This document shows positions 39,700 through 53,339 of a stretch of DNA of 64,000 bases, piece after piece (position 1 is the stretch's first letter; each line of letters starts with the position of its first letter). Below the pieces are notes generated by a model. It was not told the origin of the DNA. It was given only the letters and a program-made list of their open reading frames with translations, and did not search any database. The position numbers and the translations under genes were made by a program. The stretch is from Eledone cirrhosa (taxonomy: Eukaryota), in contig OZ024742.1 in the NCBI GenBank assembly GCA_964016885.1, positions 356,128,001-356,192,000 of the forward strand, in the 5' to 3' direction.

Positions 39700-40150
39700 A
39701 TAATAATTGTTTCTACTTTTGGCACAAGGCCAGCAATTATCTCAGTGTATTACTGGTACTTTATTTTATCGACCCCGTAAGGATGAAAAGCAAAGTTAAC
39801 CTCGTCGGGATTTGAACTCAGTTCGTAATATTTGATTTGTTTAGACACAAACAGCCTCATTACACATTGTTTTCTCTGTCACTGCTAGAACAAAAGGATG
39901 GAAATGGTTATCCCAAAAATATAGCATGAATCTGTTTGCTTGCAAACGAATCAGTAGAGCATCAGACACCATGCTTTGCAGGATAAACTTACAACCTTTA
40001 ACATTCAGAATTCAAATCCTGCTGAGGTTAGCTTTCCCTTTCATCCTTACGGGGTCAATAAAATAAAGTACCAGTCATGCACTGGTGTCGATTTAATCAA
40101 CATTCCCCTTCCCTTCAAATTGCTGACATTGTGTCAAATGTTGAAATAAT
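39700..40150. mobile_element. Two Nin/Deu-domain SINEs, divergently oriented (39700-39822 minus, ~39935-40150 plus)
   Basis: Both match the family B box and the cctttcatccttacggggtc motif. Confidence 0.75.
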
Positions 40151-40991
40151 TATGTATGAGGTAACCTAGTGGTGCATACTGACAAAATAAACCAGACCTA
40201 TATTTCTTTATTTGATACACAGAAGATCTATCATCATTATTGTCATTTTAACGTCTGATTCCCCTGCTAGCAATGGTTGGACGGTTCCATATAAATGAAG
40301 ACAGTACTGAAGGGAGCCACTGATTTCCCAGGCAGGCCAGTGACTTGTGCGCTTATGTATAATCTCACAATCTATCAAGTGCTCAGGCGAGGTTATCAAG
40401 CCTTAGACACAACTATGGGTCCTCCCAACTCTTTGTTTGGCAAGATTTCAAGAGCTGGATGCTCTTCCTATCACCAACAACTTTACAGTGTGTAATAATA
40501 ATTAAAATAGTTGTTTAATATAATGGGTTTTGCAGAATCATAACCTCTTTCAGAATGCTGTAGCTAGAGAAAAGAAAATATATTAGTACTGAACTTTCAA
40601 AAATATTAACTTTATCTCTAACAAGGAATTCTGCATTAGAAATTAGAATCAGGTTTCTATTATTTGTTTACAGCAAACAAAGACATCATACGACTGTTTC
40701 TCGTCACACTTTGCCATCTCTATCCAATCACTGCTATTATTGTTGTTGCTCTTCTTTCTAACACAAATATGTTTTCTCTAAATATTTTTTTAAACTAAAG
40801 ACATTGTCTGGCTATGTCTTTCAGTATTTAATAAAACATAATATTCCCATCACTACAAGCATGGAGTCAAACACAAATGTTTTGGAGTTAAATATATGTC
40901 AGACAATCTACTCTTACATAGAATGCATGTGTAATGTAGTCAAATATTTATATTGTGTCTATCTAAATACCCAATGTTATCTTCCTCGACA

Positions 40992-41180
40992 ATAATTGTT
41001 TCTACTTTTGGCACAAGACCAGCAATTATCCCAGTGTATTACTGGTATTTTATTTTATTGATCCCGTAAGGATGAAAGGCAAAGTTAACCTTGGCAGGAT
41101 TTGAACTCAGACCATAAAGGGCCATAACACTTTGCTGCAAAGCATGGTGTCTGACCCTCTACTAATACTGCCAAGCCAAT
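40992..41180 (-). mobile_element. Nin/Deu-domain tRNA-derived SINE, full length
   Basis: Near-complete reverse complement of 50492-50683. Confidence 0.85.
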
Positions 41181-41184
41181 AGAT

Positions 41185-41760
41185 AACCTGCAAAACTATG
41201 AATGCTCTCTATAAGATAAGGTGTACAGAGGGATGGTGGAAAAACAAGATGTCATATAGGAGAGACAGACTGTAATATGGGAGAGAGGATGAAGGAGCAC
41301 TGGTGAGGAGTAAAGTTCATCAATGCTATTCCAACATGCCAAACTAGAATATGGGTGCTCAATAGATAACATAGAAGTAAAGATCATACTCACACATAGA
41401 ACAGACACAACCCTCAGACAAATTAAGGAGGCCACATATATATTAATTTTAAATCAAATGGAATAGAAACACTCCCACCTGAGGACTGTACAGGACACAG
41501 ATAAATAGATAGAAACCCCTGTCCACACACACTGAGCCCCACACACAAAGATATGTAGATAACACATAATGACACACACAGCCGCAGATGCAAATGCATG
41601 CACAGACAGGAAACATATCACAGTAAAAAAAGATGGAGTAAACAAAATAAAACCAGAAAGAGGAGGCACAAAGGAAAACAGAAGTCATTGATGGGGTCAC
41701 AGAATGTGTGATGAAAGAACTTTGAAAACTATATAAGATAATAAACTAATAACAAAACCA
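41185..41760 (+). mobile_element. Decayed Penelope-like GIY-YIG 3' fragment (different PLE lineage)
   Basis: Frameshifted translation LYKIRC..HIGETDCNMGERMKEH..SSMLFQHAK..VKIILTH..LRQIKEATYI matches GIY-YIG consensus pieces YIGET.R.L..R.kEH and R.ikEa.yI. A weak hammerhead-like gtgatga-aagaacttt-gaaa lies at ~41708-41727. Confidence 0.6.
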
Positions 41761-43329
41761 AATTTAAAATCACATAATGTATTTTTATTGGCAATATTGT
41801 CAACATGACTATCCTCAATTATAATAATATATCTTTTTATATACATAAAAAAAAACACAGCTAGAACTTGCAAGATGGTTACAAATGCTTAGTTATTGCA
41901 TATCATCATAACCCCGGCTGCACCATAAACTGGCTTTCACTTCAGAAACACACATGCGTGCACCATTCTAGAAATCAGTAAACCCTCTATAAAGGTCACT
42001 ATAAAACACTACTCAGATAACTGGGACAATGGTGTTAATATACAGTTGTTCTACTATAGGTACAGGCTTACATGATAACTTCGTTAAAAAATGGCCATCC
42101 AACTCACACAACGAGCTGGTCCACATAATGCAGTCTCTTTACTTTGCTTTCTCCAGTGATATTACTCTGGCCTCTGCTTCTTTGAACTGGTTGGTTTTAT
42201 GCTATTTCCTTTGACATTCCTACCTTGCCCATCATTCCTCCCGATGCCACTAATACTGTGTCCACTCAGTAAAAGTACAAACATCCACAAACATTGGCCA
42301 CTTATTAACACACTGACCTTTTATTGTTCTTCCTTCCTAAAATTTAATTCCTCTGGAATTTCCTCTCTGTCTCTCTTTCTTTCCTGCTTACAATGAACAT
42401 TAACTCCAAAGATCTGATCAATTTTGGATGAGATCCAAAGCCAACAATCACAGTCCTTTCCTACAGATCAAACTAATGAAAATAATTCCCTCGGTAGCCT
42501 GAGACAGGTTGAATTAAATTTCTTGTCAAAAGACAATAGAATGTATACACTGGCTTTTGAACACTAGAACAACAAATCTAAAGCTGTATTCATCTGTCTA
42601 TTTATTCTATACAGCTAAATGAACAGAACCATAATTTCCTAATATCAAGAGACCTTAGAATCCCTTTATTCTAAAAGTGTCTCTGGAGTGTGTGAAATCT
42701 ACCATCTTCTTCAGATCAGCAAATCAAAGAAGAATATATCATTACTAATAATAATCCTTGACATACTGTTCAATAGATTTTAGCACAAATGACTGTGCAA
42801 AGAGATAAAATTAGTGTGTGCTTCAGGCAATTAAAATATCAACCTGTCACATTAGCCTTTATCAAATTTTAAGCAAGAATAAATTTAAAACTTAATTTTT
42901 ATTTTAAGATTGCTTTTGCAATAAATATTCAGTAAAGAATGATAGCAAACTATAGTAATTGCTCTGTACTGAGATACATTTAAATAATGTATTTTTGGTA
43001 AAGCTGTCATTCCATTAAAATTCCACATATAAATATATGCATAGTAACATAAACATATTGAGAAAGATAGACTTTGTTCACAGAGAAAGATTAAACTATG
43101 TTTCTCATTACATTAGAAAGTGTGTGTTCATCTGCCCATCGTCCATCTGTATCTAACAGGAGTTATATTTTGCTGCAGGATTTACTCTATAAAGTAGCAC
43201 AGACATGCTCAAAATTTGGGTAACATGTAATATACAGAGATTCATTAACTTAAATCATATCTGTGTTAAGTACATACCCATACTGTTTGATTCCCTTGCA
43301 ATATATATATTATATATACAAAAGTATAG

Positions 43330-44472
43330 CATATTCGAAGTTCGAGTAGCAGCTAAGCCAACGAATGCTTTCAGCAGTGCAGCCAAGCACTCGACAAGGT
43401 ATAGACCTCAGAGTAATAACATATAGTTTAAAGGGCTTTGCAAATTGAAAATAGCGACTGCTAATTCAGCTGCCTGATCTGTAGCAACAAAAGAACTGAT
43501 TAGTGAGAAAAAATGCATGCACACACGCACATACGTACGTCAGGTTTCTGTAAATCTGAAATCAACAAAATCCTCTTGTGGTGTATACAAGTTAGGTTTC
43601 TGGAAAATCGAACAGCGGATTTACTTTCTCAACAGGCTTTCGTTCTAACCCAAATCCCGGTGTGATAGCACATGTTACTCCAAAGGGAGGTAACCCCAGT
43701 TTATGGCAGTCAAATTCAAATTATGAGCAATGGAAATAATTCCATGCACAAACTGAATTAAGCACTCAACCAGACCGTTATTAAACAAACTTAAATAATT
43801 AACAAATCAATGGAATTGTCAAATTAAATTAATCAATTAATTATTAGGTCTAGGAGATAGTAATACAAAAGTACAACATATTCGAAGTTCTAGTAGCAGC
43901 TAAGCCAACAAATGCCTTCAGCAGTGCAGCCGAGCACTCGACAAGGTAAAGGTATTACCTCAGAGTAATAACATAGTTTAAAGGGCTTTGCAAATTGAAA
44001 ATAGCCACCGCTAATTCAGCTGCGTTATCTGTAGCAACGAAAGAACTGTCTAGTAAGAAAAAAAATACACACACACATACATACACACACACATATATGT
44101 ATACATACATATATATATATATATATATAATATAGAAATGGCTTCTTTCGGAGGAAATCATCAGAAAGCTTTCTGATGATTTCCTCCGAATGAAACAGTT
44201 CTAGTCCTGTAGAAGCCATTTCTATATTAAATTACTTTTACTCTGCTTTGTATTGAGTACCTTACTTACTGTGGTTATCCCCGATTTAACTTGGGATCTA
44301 CATATATATATATATATATACATACATATATGCACATATCTGTATATATAACATACCTGGACCGACCCTTCAAAATTATTGAATATCTAAGGGAGGTTTC
44401 TGTAAATCCAAAATCAACAAAATCCGCAATCAACAAAATCCGCTTGTGATGTATACAAGTTAGGTTTCTGGA
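43330..44472. repeat. Tandem duplication of an unidentified repeat (43330-43605; 43877-44070 plus 44393-44472)
   Basis: catattcgaagttc.agtagcagctaagcc...ctgtagcaac.aaagaactg..tagt.agaaaaaa and ggtttctgtaaatc..aaatcaacaaaatcc..gtatacaagttaggtttctgga occur twice. A diverged relative lies at ~51270-51430. Confidence 0.8.
44129..44228 (+). ncRNA. Type I hammerhead ribozyme with intact core, nested in inverted repeats
   Basis: gcttt-CTGATGA(44173)-t-ttc ctcc gaa-t-GAAAC-ag ttctagtc ct-GTA-gaagc. Outer 18-bp perfect arms at 44129-44146 and 44211-44228; a 44-bp perfect palindrome at 44147-44190. Confidence 0.8.
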
Positions 44473-47236
44473 TATCATCATCATCATCATATAAATCAAA
44501 ATGGCAGACTGAATGTGGACGTGTGTTACCTACCACTATTTTGTCCCCCCACCCTACCCCTGCTATCCTCTTCTCACTCTTTATCTTTCTATGTTATCTT
44601 TTATTTCTAATTCTATGCTATCTGCAATGTAAGGGCTGGTGTCACATCAAAAACACCCAGTCCACCTACCTCACTTGGTGTATCAGAATCATAACATGAT
44701 CCCAGTACATGCTATAAAGTAGTTGGCATTAGGAAAGACATCCAGCTATAGAAATCAAGCTGTAAATAGAGCATAAAAGAAAGACCTCATCACCCAACCA
44801 ATCTAACTAAAAAGTGTGACAGTCTGTCTAACTCATGGAATATAGGCGTTAAACAGTGATGATGATTATATCTCATTAAAGAAACACTTTCAACTGATTC
44901 TAGTTTGAATAAATATATTTAAAAATCGAGAGTATCAAACAGAAAATAACCAACAACAATTGATATCTTTAGATAATATTGAGACAAATGGATAAATACC
45001 TCTTAGAGAACATACACATTAGACAGCTGATATGTTTTTCAAACCCTCCCATCATTTCAATAATTCATAAGATTTGTTCAAATATATATGTTTTGTATTT
45101 TTACCATAGAAAATATCGTGATTTATTTCATTTTCATATCTTGTATCAGATTAAATAAAACTGAATTATATAAAGAGATAAGTATATAAACAATAAATAT
45201 TTGATAGTGTATGATTATTTCTAATTCATTGTGTACTAAATATATGTTCTGATATTCTAAGGAAGCCTAGACTTTCTGGAATTAACAGGATTGCTAATCT
45301 ATGTGTAATTACTATGATTTTAGTAACAATAATTAACAGAGAATACATTTTCACTTGAAAAATATTTCAGTTGCTAATCTTGAGAGCTTTTAAACACAAA
45401 ATATATTACTAATTATTAAAACAAATAGACTGAACTCTGCGATAATTTAGAAGAGAATCTAAAGCAACTTCTAGTGGAATTCACTTATCTTTATAGCTCA
45501 AGAAATTATTGGTGTTTCTGAAATTTATTGCAATGATTTAGATAAATTTATGCATTCTAAGAACGTAGAATTGTTATTAAAATTTTACACTGCCAGTAAA
45601 CAATCGGTTTTGATGCTAAATCATATTTTAAGTTTGATATGTAACTTTTCTGATTTGAAGCCAGTTTTAGATACGCTGTTTCTTCACATTTCTAAGGTTA
45701 ATAAAATCACTACCAGTAAGATGCTGGTTACATATTCTGGAGAGTAAGGTTTTGCTATTTCAATTTAACTAGAGATGACATAATGCCAAGAATATAGAAA
45801 TAATTTTTGTGACTTCGGAAATTAAATTTATTATTTTCTTTCATTCAAAACCTATAACTCGTCTTCCAGACTTCCATTGATTATTATTATTATTATTATT
45901 ATTATTTATAGTTTTCTTCCTATTTTGATTGTCACTTCTTTTCATTATCTTTCTTCTTTCTACTCATGTTAAAAACAGTTGTATAACATAAATAAGTAAG
46001 TCTATGATTACAATTTAAAAGAAGACCATTGATCGAAAATAGAACCATAATTAAAATAGCAGACATTTAAAATGATTAGTGGATGATTTCATTATTAAAA
46101 AAATATTCCAATAACTAGTTTGATGTTAGTAGTAAAACAATATTTAAAATCCAAAATAAAGCAACATTTGTAGTAAGAGTTCTAAATACACATCTAGCCT
46201 TTTAAATAAAATAATTTTTGTTTATATTAATAGGCACCTATCACTATTTTCTATAGATGTAACTAGATTTATAAGGGGATTGCATTCTTGTAATGTAACA
46301 CCTACAACAGAGCAAAGACCTGCTTCGGGCATGAAGGACCATGGGATTTGCACCCTGAAAGTTCTCCAAGGCACAATTCTGAACAAGGTTGTTTGTGGAA
46401 GACCAGCAATGACCCATGCATACCAATCTTCCTTCTCCACACACTGGTTTTGTCCAACAGAAAGGCAATGCCTGACATAGCTTGGAACCAGTGATATCGC
46501 AACTCATTCCTACAGTTTAGTGAAATAAAGTGCCTTGCTCAAGTACACAATGCATCACCCGGTCTGACAACCGAACTCACAACCCCTTAATTGCAAGCCC
46601 AATACATTAAGCCAATATCTTTCACACATCTCATATAAAAAATAGATAAAATATCTCCTAGATTTTAACATCTCAAAGTATAGTAACAGGAAAATGCAGA
46701 ATGTTATTGTATAATCATGTGTTGAATTTTTGCAAGAAAACAAACAGCAAATTTTCTGCTTAATCTCCCATGATTTCCCAATCAACCACAGTTACCATAA
46801 ATTATTTAGTGGGAATCTTATAAAAGTTATATATTCCACATGTAAAACATCCTCGGGTTCAGTCAGAAGTTATTAAATAACTTATAGAACTAAAACTACT
46901 TTAAATCCTGTACCGACATTTACTTATGTCAGTCACAAAAATTGGTTACATGAAAGTAATTGATTGGTGAAGACTAGTATACAAAGTTTAAGTAGATATG
47001 AGCAACAGCTATACACTGAATGAGTATAATTTTAAGATGTAAATTTAGCCAAATCAGTTGGAAAACTTTGTTTCTGACAGGTCCCACTGGAGGGGAGTTT
47101 GAGGACTCTTTCCCTACGACACTCACAGGAATAAGTGGCCGATAAAGAAGACATTAATTTGTCAGCACTCTTAGACAATTAACAACTGCTTTGTCCAAGT
47201 ACATTTGGTTTCTGAGAGAGATAAGAAACACACACA

Positions 47237-47423
47237 TAATTGTTTCTACTTTTGGCACCAGGCCAGCAATTATTCCAGTGTATTACTGATACTTTATTTT
47301 ATTAACCCCGTAAAGATGAAAGGCAAAGTTAACCTCGGCAGGATTTGAACTCAGATCAGAAAGGGCCGTAACTCTTTGCTGCAAAGCATGGCGTCCGACC
47401 CTCTACCAATACTGCCAATCCAA
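47237..47423 (-). mobile_element. Nin/Deu-domain tRNA-derived SINE, full length
   Basis: Reverse complement of 50492-50683. Confidence 0.85.
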
Positions 47424-50309
47424 CCCTCTTAAGAAATGCACACAATGTTGCTAGATCTCTCCTGGAGTGTGTACCACTGTGTCATTATAATAGTTTTCTA
47501 GATAGGATCTGTTAATTTCTAATTGATAAGATATTAATCATGTACCAATATTTGAATAAGTTTGAAGTTAAGATCAAACATTTTCCTATCCAGTGGATAT
47601 GACCCTAACTATATTCAATCCCACTATAAACACTTAATGTTTAACCCGAGTTCTGATTTGGTTAAATACTCTTAATGATAGGTCATATATCCATTTATTA
47701 TATTTTCTTCTTGCTTTTATAGGATATATATATACACATATGTATGTGTGTATATATATATATTTGTATATATATAATATAAAGAGTGGTATGCTCATGT
47801 GGAAAGATTCTATAAAATAGCTTTTATGTAAATATAATTTACTAAAGCTGTGAAGCTATATTAATGACTTCAATGCCAGGAATTAACCACAAAGCTCTTG
47901 ATCTTCAAGTCTCTTATATAGCTTTGCAGCTACAATAAGATATAATATATATCACATAAACTCTGAGACCAGTTATGTTTTCAAATTTAGGTAGACCTTT
48001 TCTGGTATATTTTTATTGGCACGGGTTGAACAAGTTGGTCCCCAGGGCTAACAAAACGTACATATCAGGTATGGTACCATTGTAGTAACTGGCCTTAATA
48101 TAGTGCAACACAATAATTTCACATAAAAATCTAGAGATGCTGGCATGGCTGTATGATTCAGAAATTCAATTTGTCACCACATTCTATCCCATTTGTGCAA
48201 GTTCCTCCAACAGTACCTTCTGACTTAATAGCTAAAATGAAATACAGGGATGGCTGGAGTGGGTAGAAGAATAAAAGGGACTTTTAAGATAGTTTTTACT
48301 ATACACCCTTTCATTTTTGACAGGTACTATACTAGCATATACAAAAATATGTGGGTTTCTAATTTTCAACTTTATACTTTGATAATACACATTTTCTTTC
48401 TTTCACATCAATTTTAAATATATATTGCATTTTATACCAAATATTGTAGCTTTATACACACATATGCACATACACACACAAACACATACACATATCTATA
48501 TACACAGATCTGCCCATCCCTCTCTCTATCTATATATATATATACACACATATAGACACATACACCCATGAATGTCTGTGTGTGTGTATTTTTATATGTG
48601 GAAGTGGTATGTTTATATCTATAAACAGGGATGTTCTATGACTAAAATGAACAAAAGGGGTTTAACTGCTTTAGATAAATCAATATAAAAGTTACATCTG
48701 CGATAGATAAATATGTTTTTAACTTGCTGGAGAATACCATAACATCAGATGAGTCAAGTTATAGCCTGGTTTATTCTTGGTTATAACCAATTCTGTGGAT
48801 TATTTGCCTTCATGTATTACATATCTATATTCTACACTAAGTTACAAATTTATGTCATAAATTTCCCCTAAAATTCTGAAACCTTTTGTCCTTGAGAAAT
48901 CAGTATATAACCAGAATAATTTGCCTACCATAGAAGACTTATTTTATTTTAATATGGGTAACAAAAAATAGCTTTATGAAAAAGATCAAACACTGGCAAA
49001 GAATTAAAAGTAGCATATTTATGTGCTAATATTGTAGCCAATGTATTTTTTATGCTTGAAACACATTCATTTGTGATCAATTGCTGGCTTTTGAGTTACG
49101 ATTTATTTTTTGCCATGTTGTACAGCATTGATTGATCAGATCTTCAGTATCTTTTATTAGTCGACAGCATAAATTCTGCACCAAGTGACTTGTTTCATAG
49201 TTGCACTTATTTGCCAAGAGAGATGTGTTGTTTTATAGATACTTAATCCCAACAGTAAAGAGAAGTATTCTTATCAAGATTTTATTCAGCAATCCTGATG
49301 AAAACAATATTGCTTCTACAATCTCTGGGGCTGGATACTTGCTTCAAACCACCATCCTCTTCTAATCAATGTAGATCTGTCAGTAGAGCTTTTGACATGC
49401 AAATCACAGCAAATAGATTCAATCTCTGTGGTTTGATATTTGATTGATTCTGTCAAAGCTTAAAGAACTGAGAAAATTCTAGTATTGAATCTCAAATGGA
49501 TATTAAATATGACATGTCTAAAGCTGTATAACAATGTTCATCATTGAACTTCTTGTAATATTAAATAGTTTTGTGGTGACAGTGTTGTTAGACATTGTAT
49601 ATGGTATTTACTAAACTACTACTGTGGTTTTAGTAGTTCACATCACATGAATATTATAGTAAAACAGTTAACAAAGTTAGTCAAATAGAAACTTATAAAA
49701 AATTAAAATCAAAACAAACATATTTCCTAACCAATATATCCAAAGATCAACAGGATTGGTTTTTTTTATATATTTTCCAATTAACAAAACATTGCCTGAA
49801 TTAAAATCGATCAAACAAATATATATCATGAAACTACAGCTATAATAGCAAATTAAAACAAAATGTCTATTATGTAAATTTTGCCACATCCATTCTGCAT
49901 CAATTAAAATATTACAAAGCAACTATTTAATATGAAATCCATCAATAGGACTGAGGGGAAGTGTCTCAGTGGAGCATTCTACATATTAAATACACATATG
50001 AAATATGGATTTACTGTGCAGAATTGCCCTCTTGGGATTCTTTCCCTTGGTTCTATTGTGGATATTCACTACTTTCTTTATATTTCTATAAATACTGAAC
50101 ACTTCTGAATATTTCTTAGTACAATTTTTCAATGAGAAGGTCTAATAGAGATGAAATATGTCAGTTGAATTCACCAGAACCACTCCAAGCTGCATTGCTT
50201 TTGTTTCCCAAAACTTTCATTTCAATGTTATCAAAGGGATTATCTCCATTAGTTCTTTTCTCTGAATTTGAACACAGGGGAGATTCTTTCTACACTTACC
50301 ATTCATAAA

Positions 50310-50683
50310 AGGGCGGTGGTTTGGCAGTATCGGTAGAGCATCAGACACCATGTTTTGCAGCATAGTTATGGCCCTTTGCGTTCAAATCCGCCGAGGTTAA
50401 CTTTGCCTTTCATCCTTACGAGGTCGATAAAATAAAGTACCAGTGATGCACTGGGGTAATCGCTGGCCTTGTGCCAAAAGTAGAAACTCTCAGGGCGGTG
50501 GATTGGCAGTATCGGTAGAGGGTCAGATGCCATGCTTTGCAGCAAAGAGTTACGGCCCTTTATGGTCTGAGTTCAAATCCTGCCGAGGTTAACTTTGCCT
50601 TTCATCCTTACGGGGTCAATAAAACAAAGTACCAGTAACTCACTGGGATAATTGCTGGCTTGTGCCAAAAGTAGAAATAATTA
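50310..50683 (+). mobile_element. Head-to-tail tandem pair of Nin/Deu-domain tRNA-derived SINEs
   Basis: Two units (50310-50488, 50492-50683), each with A box TGGCAGTATCGG, B box GTTCAAATCC, GCCTTTCATCCTTACG.GGTC.ATAAAA and tail gtgccaaaagtagaaa. Confidence 0.88.
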
Positions 50684-51223
50684 TCATTCATAATTTTAGT
50701 TAATGAAAGTTTTTAGCTCACTTTTTGTCAATGTGAAACACTACAATCAACATCATCATCATGTCTGCTTTTCCATACTTGCGTGGGATAGACGGGTCCT
50801 TCTCAGCATGACATCTCTATACTTGTATTTAATATAAAAACATTAGAATACTGGAAATCATAATGGTATTGAGATATGTAGTAACATTGTGGTAAATATG
50901 GGGTTCACTGGTTCCATTGCCGACTGGATCAAAATCCTAGAATACTAGGAACTATTAAATAACTATTTCTTTCCAGTCTGTGACATTTGAGATGTTTGGT
51001 AGAGCTGGGTTGCTAACAGTGAATTTCTTGTCATTATAGGAGAATCACCTTACTGAAGTGCTAGATAATGCCCTGAGTGTACTTGGTTATTTCAGAGCAT
51101 TAGAAACATGTTTTGGTCTATCTTGTTTATACTCCTAGTTTGTTTTCATTTAAATTTGATATATAATATTGCTTCTCTGAGAGATGTCTTTCATTGTGAT
51201 GTTTGGGCATTAGAGACTAAATA

Positions 51224-51255
<32 letters not shown>

Positions 51256-51496
51256 CAAGGGGAAGTTTAGTAAAATCGAAGTTTTGGCTGTGGCCAAGCT
51301 AACGATATACATCTAGGAATGTGGAGCAAAGCACTCAATAAGATTGTACACTTTAGAGTAATAACATACGTTTAGACACCTTCACAAATTGAAAATTGCA
51401 GCAGATAAGCCTAGCCACATAATACCAAATCAACGAAGAAACCAATCAGGTTAGACAACTTACCTGCACCAAATCGAACGATATTATGCAATACGT

Positions 51497-51547
<51 letters not shown>

Positions 51548-51821
51548 AAGCCTCTGTGAGCCACTTTTTTTAAGTAAAAAGAAATTCAAACAAACTGGTG
51601 CGAAAGCTGATGTGCTTATTCACGTGACTGCATCAACCAACTAAACTTCACTCATATATAAAAAAACAACCTGAGCCCCCCCTTGTTTGAAGAACTTTGT
51701 AACGCGAACTGGCGCGAAATTAATTATACTTATTCACCAACCAATCAAATTACTTCTCTAAAAACCTGGCATTTCGAGCCACTTTTTTCCATATAAAACA
51801 AGTAACATTCAAAGACCAACC

Positions 51822-52035
51822 AGATGTGAGTAGAACCACAGACCCTCCATCTCAACTCTACTTTTGAAAACCATAAGAACTGCGAAACCAGTAAAGAAGC
51901 CAAATAAATATATATATTTAAAAAAACAGAGGCCAGTTGCATTTTCGATTTCATCTTTTTTCCTTATACTTTCACTCGTGTAGGACACCTCGATTATTTT
52001 TCATTTTGTTAAAAAAAACCTCACTTCCTAATATA
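51822..52035 (+). mobile_element. pLTR/retrozyme-like repeat with a variant hammerhead (51861-51896)
   Basis: About 200 bp shared with 63695-63910. Reads ctt-TTGAAAA-ccat aagaa ctgc-GAAAC-ca-GTA-aag and ends at (TA)n. Confidence 0.55.
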
Positions 52036-52068
52036 TATATATATTTATATTTATATATATATATATAA

Positions 52069-52394
52069 TCATCATCATCATCATCACCATTATTCCGTTT
52101 TTCCCTGCTTGCAAGGGTGGGACAGGTCCTATTCAGCATCTCTCCACTTGTCGCGGTCCTTCATCATCTCCTCCGTGAGCTTCAATGATCTGAGGTCTGC
52201 TCTCACCACCTGCGCCCATGTTTTTCGTGGTTTTCCTCTACTGCGTCTTCCTCTACTGCATCTTCCTCTACTGCATTTTCCCTCTACTGGGATTTTTTTG
52301 CACTTCTATACCCAACGGTCATCCTCCATGCGCATCACATGTCCATACCATCTCAGTCTTCTCTCTCGCACACCACAACTTATCCCTCTTATAC

Positions 52395-52450
<56 letters not shown>

Positions 52451-52500
52451 TACATAACATTTTCTTATCTGCATGCATCTGCTCACACTGGTATTTGTAC
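52069..52500 (-). mobile_element. RTE-like LINE 3' fragment (third family) with (CAT)n tail next to (TA)n
   Basis: The minus strand reads VRERRLRWYGHVMRMEDDRWV..RGKPRKTWAQVVRADLRSLKL; internal (CT)n. Confidence 0.8.
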
Positions 52501-53094
52501 ATATCACACCTTCTCCTTTATTATCAAAAGTAAAACCGAGGATACTTTGTGACCTGAACTGCTTGTAGTATATCTTAAAGTAGTCTTTGACAGACCTTCA
52601 CTTGCATTACAATTTACCAGATAGATTCTACAGTTATTCAGATTCACACCAACTGACAAGCATGAAGTCCACATCTATTCACTGATATATATGGAATTAA
52701 CAACTAAGAAGTTTTCTTTTCAAATTCAGTACTGGTCAGCACTTTTCAAACAATTCAAATACTCTTCCTCTATGTTCACTTGATAATTATTCTATTATGT
52801 TCATTCCATGTCTTGTATTGTAACTGATGCGAAGATTTCAACTGAAACTCCATGGACTTAACCTAATCCTAAACAAGAATACATTTATATAATTCGCTGC
52901 ATTCATCTATTCTTGACTGAAAATTCTAAGAAAATTTTAAATGTCCTTATTCTTATGTTTGAAAAGGCAAATACATAGAAATCTGCAAAGGCCAAGTGTA
53001 TTATATGCTAGATATGTATTAAATAAAACAAATTTCATTAATTATTTCTTCAAATAAATTTTTATAAAAAGCACAGTACCATTTTGATATGAAT

Positions 53095-53292
53095 CTGTGA
53101 GTGTGTGTGAATGGTCACACACACACACATATATTTATACAAGTGTGTGTGTATGTATACATATATATGTATGTATATATGAGTGTGTGTATATATATAT
53201 ATACACATACATATATGTGTATGTATATACACATGTATGTATGTATATACACGTGTATATATGTATATACACGTGTATACACACACACACAT

Positions 53293-53339
<47 letters not shown>

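Noticed and set aside
49000-49560. Complex sequence that might be a DNA transposase remnant
   Set aside because: No convincing catalytic or family motif could be read by eye; it needs a translated search.
50492-50590. Possible tRNA gene (A and B boxes)
   Set aside because: No cloverleaf is evident, and the sequence continues into a SINE body with many dispersed copies.
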